Origin: Bacteroidota bacterium
Lineage (GTDB): Bacteria; Bacteroidota; Ignavibacteria; Kapaibacteriales; UBA961
Assembly (NCBI GenBank): GCA_009919265.1
Contig: RGCF01000002.1
Coordinates: forward strand, 11,059-75,058
DNA length: 64,000 nucleotides
Direction of reading: 5' to 3'
The translations under genes and the position numbers were made by a program. A model generated the notes under the pieces. That model ran no database searches, had not been told where the DNA came from, and saw only the letters and a program-made list of their open reading frames with translations. Position 1 is the stretch's first letter, and each line of letters begins with the position of its first letter. Of the stretch, positions 51,119-61,337 are shown piece by piece.

Positions 51119-51472
51119 ATGTTTGATATCGGCGGCGCTGAATTTCTCCTTATTGGTCTTGCAATTCTGATGTTGTTCGGACCAAAGAAAATTCCCGAAA
51201 TCATGCAAGCTATCGGGAAAGGCATTCGCTATTTTCGTCAAGCACAAGAAGACCTCAAAACGCAAATCCGAGATATATCTGCCGAAGTTGAGAAAGAAAC
51301 AAATCTTAATGCGACGATACATCAGACTGTTCATCAGAATAATGAAGTGACAACTGAAATCACTACTAATGTATCGGAAACGATAACCATCAAACCTGCC
51401 GAAGGATCTATTCCTCTGTTTGAACAACAAGATCCCACTATTGAACCTGATCAATCAATTGAAAGACCATGA
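51119..51472 (+). CDS. tatB: Twin-arginine translocase TatA/B-family subunit (TatB-like, longer tail)
   Basis: 117 aa. Carries 'EFLLIGLAILMLFGPKKIPEIMQAIGKGIRYFRQA'. Confidence 0.7.
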   Translation: MFDIGGAEFLLIGLAILMLFGPKKIPEIMQAIGKGIRYFRQAQEDLKTQIRDISAEVEKETNLNATIHQTVHQNNEVTTEITTNVSETITIKPAEGSIPLFEQQDPTIEPDQSIERP

Positions 51473-51978
51473 AGCTTCTTGGCATTCATATAGTGCTCTT
51501 TTGTAATTGTTTAATCATGTTTGCGCAAGATTCTACAACTGTTTCCACACCAATTCCTCAAAAATCTCCTACCATGGCAATTGCTTATACTGTTCTTTGC
51601 CCCGGCCTTGGTCAAGTATATGTAGGCTCATATTGGAAAGCTCCAATTGCAGCAGGTGCTGCATTATTTTTTGCATATCAAGTGGTTAGGTACAATGATG
51701 TGTACAATGAAAAGACGGCCGATTATGAATTTCTCCTTGCTCAAGGATTGAATCCAAATGATTCACGCATACGCCAAGCAATTAGAGAAAAGGAATTTTA
51801 TAATAATGCTCGCGATTTGAATGGACTGTGGTTATTGGGAGTTTATGGATTGGCGGCAGTTGATGCATATGTTGGGGCGCATATGCTTGAGTTTGATGTT
51901 AGTGATGATTTATCATTCACAATTACTCCTGACCCCTTAAATGGCATGGGAAGAATTCATGCCTGCTATCAATTCTGA
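51469..51978 (+). CDS. DUF5683-like membrane protein
   Basis: 'VLCPGLGQVYVGSYWKAPI' resembles the DUF5683 signature common in Bacteroidota. Confidence 0.6.
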   Translation: MKLLGIHIVLFCNCLIMFAQDSTTVSTPIPQKSPTMAIAYTVLCPGLGQVYVGSYWKAPIAAGAALFFAYQVVRYNDVYNEKTADYEFLLAQGLNPNDSRIRQAIREKEFYNNARDLNGLWLLGVYGLAAVDAYVGAHMLEFDVSDDLSFTITPDPLNGMGRIHACYQF

Positions 51979-54900
51979 AGTATTTTTGCGTCTTTTGGCA
52001 GAATGAATATTCCGGGGCTTTGAGAATAATAACCGCTTCCAATCGGGAATTCTTTCTTCTGCTTTTTCCCATTTTTCAATTGCATAATGAGCGATGTACC
52101 AGGTTTTGCTTGTTGTACAGACGCACCCTTTGGCAATGACAATCTATATGATTGTGCTGATTGTGAGTTCACACCAATAATGATATCACAAGTTTGCTGA
52201 TCTTGTTTCATCATCACGATGCTTCTTCCATCTTTCGGAATCACGATTCCGCTTTGCAAAGATGGGACTGCCGTAAATTCTCCAGCACCATTTCCAAGCA
52301 TGAGACATCCAAGACTATTGTCATAACGAAACATTTCAGGATCAGGGCCATTAAAATTTCCAATCGTTAAAATATCCATTGCTCCATCAGCATTGAAATC
52401 TTCACAAACAATACCAAAGACTGGAGAAAATTGTGTTTCAATAGGAAGAGAGTGTTTCACAAAATGCTGACTACCTCTATTTTCTAGCCACATTGTTTCA
52501 TAATCGAAAGCTTGGAAATGATTTGCACCCACCAAATCCGAACCAAAAATATCATTGAATGTAGCCGAACCATATTGATGATATGTTTGAAATCTACGCG
52601 TTAGTGTTGGGATTTGCGCATAGATCGGGCCTCTCATTCTTACGGGGTATTTTTTTCCAACATTGAAATATGTCATGATCAAATCTACACTTCCATTCTC
52701 ATCAAAATCTTTTGCATAGAGTTCGATTGGTTCTTGTCTTGTAGGTTTATAGCGTGTATTTTTTCCAAGATTACCAAGGACATAGTCCATATCTCCATCA
52801 TTGTCGATGTCTGCAGATGCAATGCTTTGATATTGACCCGACAATCCTTCCAATTCAATCTTGGCATTATTTGATTCGGTTAAATAACCATTATTGTTGA
52901 CAAATAATCTAGGAGACATCCATTCTCCTACAATCCACAAATCTAAATCATCATCATTATCTGCATCACTCCACAAAGCGCTGGTTATCATACCAGGATG
53001 TTCAAGACCTGGTGCTTTGTCTTTCGTGATATCTGTTAAAGTAGTTATATCATTCCTTAAGATCATGGACTGAGGAATTACAGGATATTGTCCAGGAACA
53101 TTTCTTCCTCCTACAAATACATCTATGTCGCCATCTTTGTCAAAATCAGCCCCAACAACACAGGAAGATGCAATAGTATCTGCAGGTGGTGCAAACGAAT
53201 GATTTGCCCTTGAGAAATTTCCCAAACCATCATTGATATATAATCGATCATGGAATAATTCCCTATCCTCTTGCACTGATTCATTTCCACCTGAAGCAAT
53301 GTAACAATCCAAGTCTCCATCTTTATCAGAATCAAACAATATGATTCCCTGATCTTCATATCGCGAATCATTATCAAAGACTGTCTGTGGTTTTTCGGTA
53401 AAAGAGCCGGAAGCAGTACGAATATACAGTTTGGTTTTTCCTTCATGAGATCCACCAATCACCAAGTCGGACAAGCCATCACCATTGAGATCACCTGCCG
53501 CCATTCCGGGGCCATTGATGGATAATCTATTTGGCAATAATCGTTGCTGATAAAAATCATCATATTGATTTTCGACATGAATATAGTTCAGAGACTGTTC
53601 TTTTGTCAATGGTTCAAATATTCGACGTTGTCGTGTGAATTGAGATGTCTCTTTTCCAGGTATATATTCTATAGTCAATACAGAATTGATTTGTGCTTTT
53701 TGCACTTGTTGCTTGATATTCCCTGGCCAATAGACATTGATTTCTTTAATTCCAACCGCAGTTCCCAAACCAAAATGAAGAATCGGTTCTGTGCATGACA
53801 AGAATCCACGATTGACATGCATTTCTCGATAATGTTTGGTTTCTTTCCCTTTTGCATCTTTGGCGATGACCTCAATCTTTGCACCCAAGCCATTCGTATT
53901 TTTTCCTGGACCTTTTAATGCAATCTTCACATAGGAACCATTTTTTTGCTCGACTGAATAGTTTCTATATACAGCCATCGTTGAATCGATATTGTTAAGC
54001 AAGACATCAAGATCGCCATCATTATCCATATCGGCATAAATTGCCCCATTTGTGCTAAGCTTATCAGAAAATCCCCAAGCATCGCTAATATCTTCGAATT
54101 GTAAATTGCCGGTATTGCGAAACATATAATTACGGAGTCGAGTTTTTGCCATGCTATTGATGAGCCACATGAACTTATCTGTCTTCTTCTTGACAGCATA
54201 GCTAGCAATATCCATATCTATGGCATCTCGATTGATTCCATTGACAATACACATATCCTGCAAACCATCATTGTCCAAATCAGCAATCCATGATGACCAA
54301 CTCCAATCGGTTTCAGCAATTCCCGCCAGATATCCAATATCGCAGAAATTTAAATCGCCACAATTGAGTTGAAGCACATTGCGAATCATGGATGTTGAAT
54401 CGAAGTATGGACTAAACACTTTTGGGGTTGTCATTTGAGTCATTCTTCTTTCATGATCATGCGGCATCATGTCAACGGAAAGTATATCCATCCAGCCATC
54501 ATTATTGATGTCTGCTATATCCGAACCCATGGAAAAATGTGAGGTATGACGAAGCTTTGTTGGTGCTATATCCGTGAATGTTCCATTTTTATTATTGACA
54601 TATAAAAGATCCCTTGCTTCAAAATCATTTGCAACGAATATGTCAGTCCAGCCATCATTATTTACATCCCCCAATGATACACTCAAAGCATATCGATCAT
54701 CAAGAATTCCGGCTTTTTCGGATACATCTGTGAAGATTGTTCCATCATTTCGGAAGAGTTTATCTGAATAACCGTCAATTTGGGCATAGCCACCGGCAGT
54801 AAATCCATTTTGTGCTATATAGCAATCGAGATCATTGTCATGATCATAATCAAAAAACACTGCTTGAACAGATTTGCCCTCAAATGCCAAACCAAATTCT

Positions 54901-55361
54901 TTTGCTCTCTCTGTGAATACACCTTTGCCATCATTGATGTATAAATGATTCGGCTCATTGAATCTGCAAATGTAAATATCAAGATCTTTGTCGCCATCTA
55001 TATCAATGAAGGAAGGCGTGAAGCAAATTGCTGCAGAATCCGAAATCCCTGCAGCTTTTGAAATATCCTCGAATTTCCAATTTCCTTTATTGAGATATAG
55101 AGCATTTGGAACTTGCATTCCGGTGAAGAAGAGGTCTGGCAATTTGTCACCATTCACATCTCCAACTGCCACTCCCCCGCCAAGATATACAAAGAATTGT
55201 CTGGCATAATTGAATTCTTCGGTTTCAATGAGCCTATTGAAAAAGGTAATTCCGGTTGAATCTGGAGACTGCAACCTGAACATTTTGGTAGATGAATCAG
55301 CCAATAATGTAGAGGGCAGTAGGAGAAACAGCGATATGTATCGAAGAAATTGATGCACCAT
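51969..55361 (-). CDS. FG-GAP/VCBS-repeat protein with an ASPIC/UnbV domain (CRTAC1-like)
   Basis: Many 'D.D.DGD.D' FG-GAP calcium-type repeats. UnbV-like 'GLGAKIEVIAKDAKGKETKHYREMHVNRGFLSCTEPILHFGLG'. I chose the ATG at 55361, which gives a signal peptide; the ORF-track start is at 55454. Confidence 0.8.
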   Translation of the reverse strand: MVHQFLRYISLFLLLPSTLLADSSTKMFRLQSPDSTGITFFNRLIETEEFNYARQFFVYLGGGVAVGDVNGDKLPDLFFTGMQVPNALYLNKGNWKFEDISKAAGISDSAAICFTPSFIDIDGDKDLDIYICRFNEPNHLYINDGKGVFTERAKEFGLAFEGKSVQAVFFDYDHDNDLDCYIAQNGFTAGGYAQIDGYSDKLFRNDGTIFTDVSEKAGILDDRYALSVSLGDVNNDGWTDIFVANDFEARDLLYVNNKNGTFTDIAPTKLRHTSHFSMGSDIADINNDGWMDILSVDMMPHDHERRMTQMTTPKVFSPYFDSTSMIRNVLQLNCGDLNFCDIGYLAGIAETDWSWSSWIADLDNDGLQDMCIVNGINRDAIDMDIASYAVKKKTDKFMWLINSMAKTRLRNYMFRNTGNLQFEDISDAWGFSDKLSTNGAIYADMDNDGDLDVLLNNIDSTMAVYRNYSVEQKNGSYVKIALKGPGKNTNGLGAKIEVIAKDAKGKETKHYREMHVNRGFLSCTEPILHFGLGTAVGIKEINVYWPGNIKQQVQKAQINSVLTIEYIPGKETSQFTRQRRIFEPLTKEQSLNYIHVENQYDDFYQQRLLPNRLSINGPGMAAGDLNGDGLSDLVIGGSHEGKTKLYIRTASGSFTEKPQTVFDNDSRYEDQGIILFDSDKDGDLDCYIASGGNESVQEDRELFHDRLYINDGLGNFSRANHSFAPPADTIASSCVVGADFDKDGDIDVFVGGRNVPGQYPVIPQSMILRNDITTLTDITKDKAPGLEHPGMITSALWSDADNDDDLDLWIVGEWMSPRLFVNNNGYLTESNNAKIELEGLSGQYQSIASADIDNDGDMDYVLGNLGKNTRYKPTRQEPIELYAKDFDENGSVDLIMTYFNVGKKYPVRMRGPIYAQIPTLTRRFQTYHQYGSATFNDIFGSDLVGANHFQAFDYETMWLENRGSQHFVKHSLPIETQFSPVFGIVCEDFNADGAMDILTIGNFNGPDPEMFRYDNSLGCLMLGNGAGEFTAVPSLQSGIVIPKDGRSIVMMKQDQQTCDIIIGVNSQSAQSYRLSLPKGASVQQAKPGTSLIMQLKNGKKQKKEFPIGSGYYSQSPGIFILPKDAKILQN

Positions 55362-55532
55362 TATCAATGAGTTGCGTTGCGAGTATCTTGAATTAGCAAT
55401 ACAAATCTCTTCATTTTCAAGGAATTTCCCACTTTTTGAAGAGAATGTTCGCAATAAACATTGTCTAGACTTGGTATATTTGCCATGGAATATCCCATTA
55501 CTTCTATTATAACTATACTACACTTTGCGTTC

Positions 55533-57653
55533 ATGGAAACTAAAAGTACAATCTTTCTCTTGGTTTTAGGAATTGCCGGCGGAATATTCGCAAAAAATGC
55601 GGGCAAACTCGTTCAATTTCTTTCTTATGGAAAGCCAGATGACAGGCTTACATCCCTTCCGGAACGAATAAAACAAACATTGCTAGTTGGTTTTGCTCAA
55701 ACCAAGATTCTTCGAGATAAAGTGGCAGGACCAATTCATGCAGGAATTTTCTGGGGATTTTTAATACTCTTGTTTTCCGCAGCTGAAGGCGTCCTTGAGG
55801 GACTCAATCCAAAGTGGTCATTTAATTTTTTGGGTCCGATTTATTCAGGAATCACTATTCTCACTGACATCTTTTGCTTGATGATTATTCTTGGAACAGT
55901 ACTTTCTCTATGGAGGCGCTATATCACCAAAGTGAAAAGACTGCAAGTTGAGCATGAAAAAGTTGAAGCAGGAATGATTCTACTCACAATTTTTTCCATC
56001 GTCACATCGCTTTTGTTGCAAAACACTGCACGTATTGGCATGGGCGAAGACTTTTCTTGGGCTATCCGACCTGTAGCAAGTTCACTGTCCCACTTATTGC
56101 CACTTGGACATACGAGTTTTGAGATTTTTTGGTGGCTTCACATGCTCCTTATTTTCTCATTTACAAATTATCTTCCCTTCAGTAAGCATTTACATGTACT
56201 TACCTCTATACCAAATGTATTCTTCAGCAATCTTGGTCCGGTAAACACATTGGAGAAGATTGACTTTGAAAATGAATCGCTTACCAGATATGGTGTCACA
56301 GACATTGAAGATTTTTCATGGAAAACATTTCTCGATAGTTATACATGTACACATTGCGGTCGATGTACAAGTGTTTGTCCTGCAAATCAGACAGGTAAAG
56401 TACTTGATCCACGGATGGTTATCATCGGGATTCATGATCGTGTGATTGAAAAAGCACCACTGATTGATAAAATTTCAGACTATAGAAATAATGCTTCAAG
56501 AGAAGAGGTGCGCAATGCAGTGGATGGAATTCTTTCAGGAAAACAATCAGCTGAATTTGACTCCAAAGAAACTGAATTGTTTACGATACTTCTCAATGAA
56601 GAAGAGCAATCTATATGGAACAAAAAGCTCATCGGTGATTATGTAAACCCCGATGCACTGTGGGCTTGTACAACATGTGGTGCATGCATGGAGGAATGTC
56701 CGGTTAATATCGAGCATGTTCCTGCAATCGTTGGAATGCGTCGTTCAATGGTAATGATGGAGTCTTCATTCAATGAAGAAAGCGCTTTGCTTCCTGATAT
56801 CTATGGAAACATGGAAACCAATTCAGTTCCATGGGGTGGATTCAGTGAGCAGGATCGTGCATTGTGGGCAGAGGGTATGAATATCAAAACAGTTGCCGAA
56901 GATCCCAAAATGGATGTACTCTTTTGGGTTGGTTGTGCTGGAAGTTTTGATGATCGTGCAAAGAAAACAACAAAAGCATTTGCAGAACTCATGCAATTAT
57001 CAAATATCAATTTTCGCATTCTTGGAACAGAAGAGCGTTGTACCGGAGATCCGGCTCGTAGATCCGGGAATGAATATTTGGCAACGATGCTTACAACAAT
57101 GAATGTTGAAACAATGAATGCATATAATGTCAAGACAATAGTCACTACATGTCCTCATTGTTTTAATACACTCAAAAATGATTATCCTCAATTTGGTGGT
57201 CATTATGAAGTGATGCACCATACGCAATACATCAAGGAATTGATTGATTCCGGAAGACTTTCTATTGATGCAAGTAAGTCTACTTTAAGCAAGAATGCAA
57301 TTGCCTATCATGATTCTTGTTATCTGGGAAGATATAATGAAGAATATGAAGTGCCTCGTGCATTGTTAGAGCATGTTCCTGGCCTTTCCGTTCTTGAACC
57401 GGTAAATGCGAAAGATCGAGGTCTATGTTGTGGGGCAGGCGGTGGCAGAATGTTCATGGAAGAAATGGTTGGAGATCGCGTTAATATCAAAAGGACAAAT
57501 CAATTGCTTGAAACTGGAGCTTCCACTATTGCAGTGAATTGTCCATTCTGTTCGACCATGATTACTGATGGCGTAAAAGCATCAGATAAGATAGATTCGG
57601 TTCAAGTCAAGGACATATCAGAGATTCTTCTTGAATCTATCAAAGGGTCTTGA
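55533..57653 (+). CDS. Membrane-anchored Fe-S oxidoreductase: NarI/DsrM-like TM domain, 2x[4Fe-4S] ferredoxin and two CCG (HdrD/DsrK/GlpC-like) domains
   Basis: N-terminal TM helices contain conserved His residues. 'CTHCGRCTSVCP' and 'CTTCGACMEECP' are the ferredoxin clusters. CCG-type Cys clusters are 'WVGCAG', 'CPHCFNT', 'HDSCYL', 'CCGAGGG' and 'CPFC'. Confidence 0.8.
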   Translation: METKSTIFLLVLGIAGGIFAKNAGKLVQFLSYGKPDDRLTSLPERIKQTLLVGFAQTKILRDKVAGPIHAGIFWGFLILLFSAAEGVLEGLNPKWSFNFLGPIYSGITILTDIFCLMIILGTVLSLWRRYITKVKRLQVEHEKVEAGMILLTIFSIVTSLLLQNTARIGMGEDFSWAIRPVASSLSHLLPLGHTSFEIFWWLHMLLIFSFTNYLPFSKHLHVLTSIPNVFFSNLGPVNTLEKIDFENESLTRYGVTDIEDFSWKTFLDSYTCTHCGRCTSVCPANQTGKVLDPRMVIIGIHDRVIEKAPLIDKISDYRNNASREEVRNAVDGILSGKQSAEFDSKETELFTILLNEEEQSIWNKKLIGDYVNPDALWACTTCGACMEECPVNIEHVPAIVGMRRSMVMMESSFNEESALLPDIYGNMETNSVPWGGFSEQDRALWAEGMNIKTVAEDPKMDVLFWVGCAGSFDDRAKKTTKAFAELMQLSNINFRILGTEERCTGDPARRSGNEYLATMLTTMNVETMNAYNVKTIVTTCPHCFNTLKNDYPQFGGHYEVMHHTQYIKELIDSGRLSIDASKSTLSKNAIAYHDSCYLGRYNEEYEVPRALLEHVPGLSVLEPVNAKDRGLCCGAGGGRMFMEEMVGDRVNIKRTNQLLETGASTIAVNCPFCSTMITDGVKASDKIDSVQVKDISEILLESIKGS

Positions 57654-57657
57654 TTGC

Positions 57658-58386
57658 ATGTCTGACTTGAGATCTGCCTTTGAAAGCATCGTTCAATTTC
57701 GAAGATCAAATCGCGCATTTGATCCAACAACCGAAGTACCGGAAGATGTCATTCAGCAAGCACTTGAACAAGCAATGCTTTCTCCCAATAGTAGCAATAT
57801 GCAATTATGGGAATTTCATTGGATTCAATCCCCGGAACTCAAACAGCAATTCATATCTCTTTGCTTAGATCAAAGTGCAGCAAAAACAGCTAAACATTTG
57901 ATTGTCTTTGTAACAAGACAAGATCTATGGAAAAAAAGAGCCAAGTGGAATTTGGAAAAAGTTCAATCAACAATATCTGGTGAATTAACTCCCCAACAAA
58001 AAGGTGGCTTGCAGTATTATAAGTTGCTCATGCCTTTCTTATATGTGAGAGATGTACTCGGCATCATGGGCATCGTACGAAAAGCAATTAGTTTTTTGAT
58101 GGGACTCAGAAAACCATTCTTCAGAGCAGGTGGAGCTGCATTTCAACGCATAGTTGTCCATAAATCATGCGCTCTTGCTGCCCAAACATTCATGCTATCC
58201 ATTGCATCAGCCGGTTTTCATACATGTCCTATGGAAGGCTTTGATGAGAATCGCGTAAAGAACATCTTACGCTTACCCGGCAAAGCGGAAATCAACATGA
58301 TCATTGCCGTTGGGAAAGGTACAGAGAAAGGTATTTGGGGTCCGCGATTCAGAGTGCCAAAGGATGAGATTATTATAAATCACTAG
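57658..58386 (+). CDS. Nitroreductase-family protein
   Basis: 'RRSNRAFD' and 'SPNSSNMQLWEF' are typical of the nitroreductase fold. Confidence 0.85.
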   Translation: MSDLRSAFESIVQFRRSNRAFDPTTEVPEDVIQQALEQAMLSPNSSNMQLWEFHWIQSPELKQQFISLCLDQSAAKTAKHLIVFVTRQDLWKKRAKWNLEKVQSTISGELTPQQKGGLQYYKLLMPFLYVRDVLGIMGIVRKAISFLMGLRKPFFRAGGAAFQRIVVHKSCALAAQTFMLSIASAGFHTCPMEGFDENRVKNILRLPGKAEINMIIAVGKGTEKGIWGPRFRVPKDEIIINH

Positions 58387-58464
58387 TCCTATAAAAGAAA
58401 GTAGGATTTTTACATACATAAGTTGAGTATTTTAGAATCATTACCAATCATTATCGGGGTTATC

Positions 58465-59388
58465 ATGAAGAACATAGTTGCCTTACTATTTCTTTGCTTT
58501 TTTGTTGCGGGTTGCAACAAGTTAATTAAGAATGAATCACCCGTTCTTGAATCCGAACAAGCCTCTCAAAGTGCTCAGGCGCAACTAAAAAGAAAAAACA
58601 ACAAAAAACCAACTGACATGATTGGGTTTTGGGTTGGATCATTCAATGCTACAGAAGGATTTGTCAACCAACAAATAACTGACAAGGGTACATTAGCTTG
58701 GCATAAAGAAAAGAAAATAACTTTGGCAATTGAATCAATTACAATAGACCGTGTTGACGGTTATAGTGTTATAGCAGGAATAACGCATAAATGTTCCGGA
58801 ATAATGAAAGAAGATGAAGACTTTATAGAATTTGAATTGACTGAATTAGGTAGAGATCCACAAATAGGAACATTTTATTTGAAGATTGATAAAAAAGACA
58901 CAGTATTGAAAGGTGGATGGACTGCCAAAAAGAAAGGTGGGATTGAGACGAGATATTGCAACTTTACAAAACAACATTTTGAATACAATCCCAATGTTAC
59001 TTTTGCATTGATACAAGGAATTTCCGAAGATCAATCAATCAAAGACAATGTACATTATCCTGGTGAATATGATGAATGGTATTCAGCAATTACTTCCAAT
59101 TATGATATTGTTCAAAGATTAAATCCTTCTACAACGACATTGACAGATTCCGAGGTGTCAGGTTTGACGAAATCTGAATTGATGTTACTTAGAAATACCA
59201 TTTTTGCTAGACATGGATATGCATTTAAAAAAAGACCCCTGCGAATATATTTTGAACAACAGCCCTGGTACATACCAGTCAGTTCGAATCCAAAATCAGG
59301 TTTGACAAAGACTGAAAATCAGAATATTGCCCTGATTGTAAGCTATGAAAGATATTTTGGGGAGTATGATGGTAATTTTGGAAGATAA
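58465..59388 (+). CDS. YARHG-domain lipoprotein
   Basis: Lipobox 'FVAGC' and C-terminal 'LLRNTIFARHGYAFKK'. Confidence 0.75.
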   Translation: MKNIVALLFLCFFVAGCNKLIKNESPVLESEQASQSAQAQLKRKNNKKPTDMIGFWVGSFNATEGFVNQQITDKGTLAWHKEKKITLAIESITIDRVDGYSVIAGITHKCSGIMKEDEDFIEFELTELGRDPQIGTFYLKIDKKDTVLKGGWTAKKKGGIETRYCNFTKQHFEYNPNVTFALIQGISEDQSIKDNVHYPGEYDEWYSAITSNYDIVQRLNPSTTTLTDSEVSGLTKSELMLLRNTIFARHGYAFKKRPLRIYFEQQPWYIPVSSNPKSGLTKTENQNIALIVSYERYFGEYDGNFGR

Positions 59389-59450
59389 AGAAAGCAGCTA
59401 CTATGATCCTCAAATGGGAATGTATAGGAACTAACAGTATATCATATGTG

Positions 59451-60092
59451 ATGAAAGTATTGAAAGTATTGGTTATTATGATTTTTCTATACTATGCTTT
59501 CTTGATGGTCTTAATAACTCTTCAGTATATTCCAATAGATCTCACCATAGCTTTTTTGGCGACAAAACAATACATCATTTATCAAACTCATTACCAAATT
59601 GCATTCTTTGCGCATGTATTTTGTAGCATATTCATGCTACTTATTGGCGCCTTACAATTTAGCCAGAAATTACGATTACAGGTACCAAGATTACATAAAC
59701 GAATAGGATATTTTTATGTGTTCGGAATTCTATGTATTTCAGCTCCATCCGGCTTCATAATGGGTATTTATGGAAATGGCGGGATTATCACGAGCATCTC
59801 ATTTTGTTTGTTATCAATACTCTGGTTTTATTATACCCTTAAATCTTTTCTAGCTGTCAGAAGAAAGAAGGTGATGCTACATAAAGAGTATATGATTTTG
59901 AGTTATGCTCTCACTTTATCGGCATTGACTCTTCGCCTTCACAAACAAATTCTTGCCAATACAACTGATCTTCACAGAATGGACATTTATCGAATTGTTT
60001 CTTGGAGTGGTTGGATAATAAATCTTCTGATAGCATTCTGGATAATACGAAGAGCGAACAATAAAGCTGTTACTACACCAATGGCACAGTAA
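59451..60092 (+). CDS. DUF2306-like membrane protein
   Basis: 'FLATKQ...AFFAHVF...GALQFSQKLR...LHKRIGYFYV...PSGFIMG' fits the DUF2306 pattern. Confidence 0.6.
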   Translation: MKVLKVLVIMIFLYYAFLMVLITLQYIPIDLTIAFLATKQYIIYQTHYQIAFFAHVFCSIFMLLIGALQFSQKLRLQVPRLHKRIGYFYVFGILCISAPSGFIMGIYGNGGIITSISFCLLSILWFYYTLKSFLAVRRKKVMLHKEYMILSYALTLSALTLRLHKQILANTTDLHRMDIYRIVSWSGWIINLLIAFWIIRRANNKAVTTPMAQ

Positions 60093-61194
60093 ATAATTCA
60101 TACTCTGTATTCTCTGGTAAGGCTGCTATTAACTTTTCCCCTTCGGTTGTTGTAATGAATGTTTGTGCACCTGATTCTAATACTTGTTGCAGAACATTCG
60201 CCGTTCTTTCCCCATCAAGCTCGCTAAAAATATCATCAAAGAGCAATACGGGTGTTTCATTTCGTACATCTCTTAGATATGTAAACTCGGCCCATTTAAT
60301 ACTGATTAACAAAGATTTATGTTGTCCTTGCGATGCAGTTTCTCTTGCTCTTCCACCATGTATTGAAATTTCAAGGTCATCTTTTTGTGGACCAAACAAA
60401 GAAGTTGCTCTTCTGATTTCATCTTCTTTCAATGAGCGATATGCTAACATATAGGATTCACTAAAATCTTCTTTAGTAAACAATTCTTGTCCTTGAGCAG
60501 TATCGGGTACATAAGTTATTCCAACATGTTCATTTCCTGATGTCATTGTTGCATAAGCTTGCAAAAAATAGGGAGTAAAATCTCTAATGAATTGTGCTCG
60601 CAATGATGCAAGTGTTGATCCCGATTCGATCATTGATGATGTCAATACATCAAGTAAATCTTCATCGGGTCTTACTCCTTGCAAACGTGCTTTTTGGAGC
60701 ATGGCATTTCTTTGTTTCAATATTCTTCTCAAAGTAATGGCTGCGTCTACATAGACATGTTTTGCTTGAGAGAGCAATGCATCCATAAATCGTCTTCTAT
60801 CATCAGGAGAACCAAACGTTATTTCTTTAAAATCAGGAGAAAGAACAATCAATGGCAATTCACCAAGAATATCTTTTGGATTCATGCGATCGCCAATGCT
60901 TGTATTAATTAATTTTCTTTGTCCTTCCACATATCGAATACCAACTTTATATGGCGTTCCCAAGTCAGAAGATGCAATGAGTGAAACAGTATAGGAATCC
61001 TTCCCCCTGTGGATGAGATCTGCATCATTTCCTGGTAAAAAAGACTTAGAAAGACCGCAAATGGATATTGCCTCCAAAATCGTTGTCTTTCCCGTTCCAT
61101 TTAATCCACTAATAATGTTCAAACCAGGCGAACATGCCATTGTGGTATATTCATGATTACGGAGTTGTTCTATGATGAGTGAGCGGATATACAT
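60073..61194 (-). CDS. recF: DNA replication and repair protein RecF
   Basis: From the ATG at 61194: 'MYIRSLIIEQLRNHE...GLNIISGLNGTGKTTILEAI' (Walker A), the signature 'SQGQHKSL' and Walker B 'VLLFDDIFSELD'. Confidence 0.92.
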   Translation of the reverse strand: MYIRSLIIEQLRNHEYTTMACSPGLNIISGLNGTGKTTILEAISICGLSKSFLPGNDADLIHRGKDSYTVSLIASSDLGTPYKVGIRYVEGQRKLINTSIGDRMNPKDILGELPLIVLSPDFKEITFGSPDDRRRFMDALLSQAKHVYVDAAITLRRILKQRNAMLQKARLQGVRPDEDLLDVLTSSMIESGSTLASLRAQFIRDFTPYFLQAYATMTSGNEHVGITYVPDTAQGQELFTKEDFSESYMLAYRSLKEDEIRRATSLFGPQKDDLEISIHGGRARETASQGQHKSLLISIKWAEFTYLRDVRNETPVLLFDDIFSELDGERTANVLQQVLESGAQTFITTTEGEKLIAALPENTEYELFTVPLV

Positions 61195-61337
61195 GGTTTG
61201 ATTGAATTCTGATGCTTGCGCAAAATACGGACTTGATAAGGGGAAAGGAAATTTCTTTGCTTGTTCTTCGTCAATACACCATCCAGTACACAACTTTTTA
61301 CATAGAAACCATAAACCAAGGATATTGAGGTGCTGTC

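Noticed and set aside
50879-51454. 191-aa ORF antisense to tatA and tatB
   Set aside because: The sense strand encodes two unmistakable TatA/B proteins. The antisense translation is low complexity with no recognisable domain.
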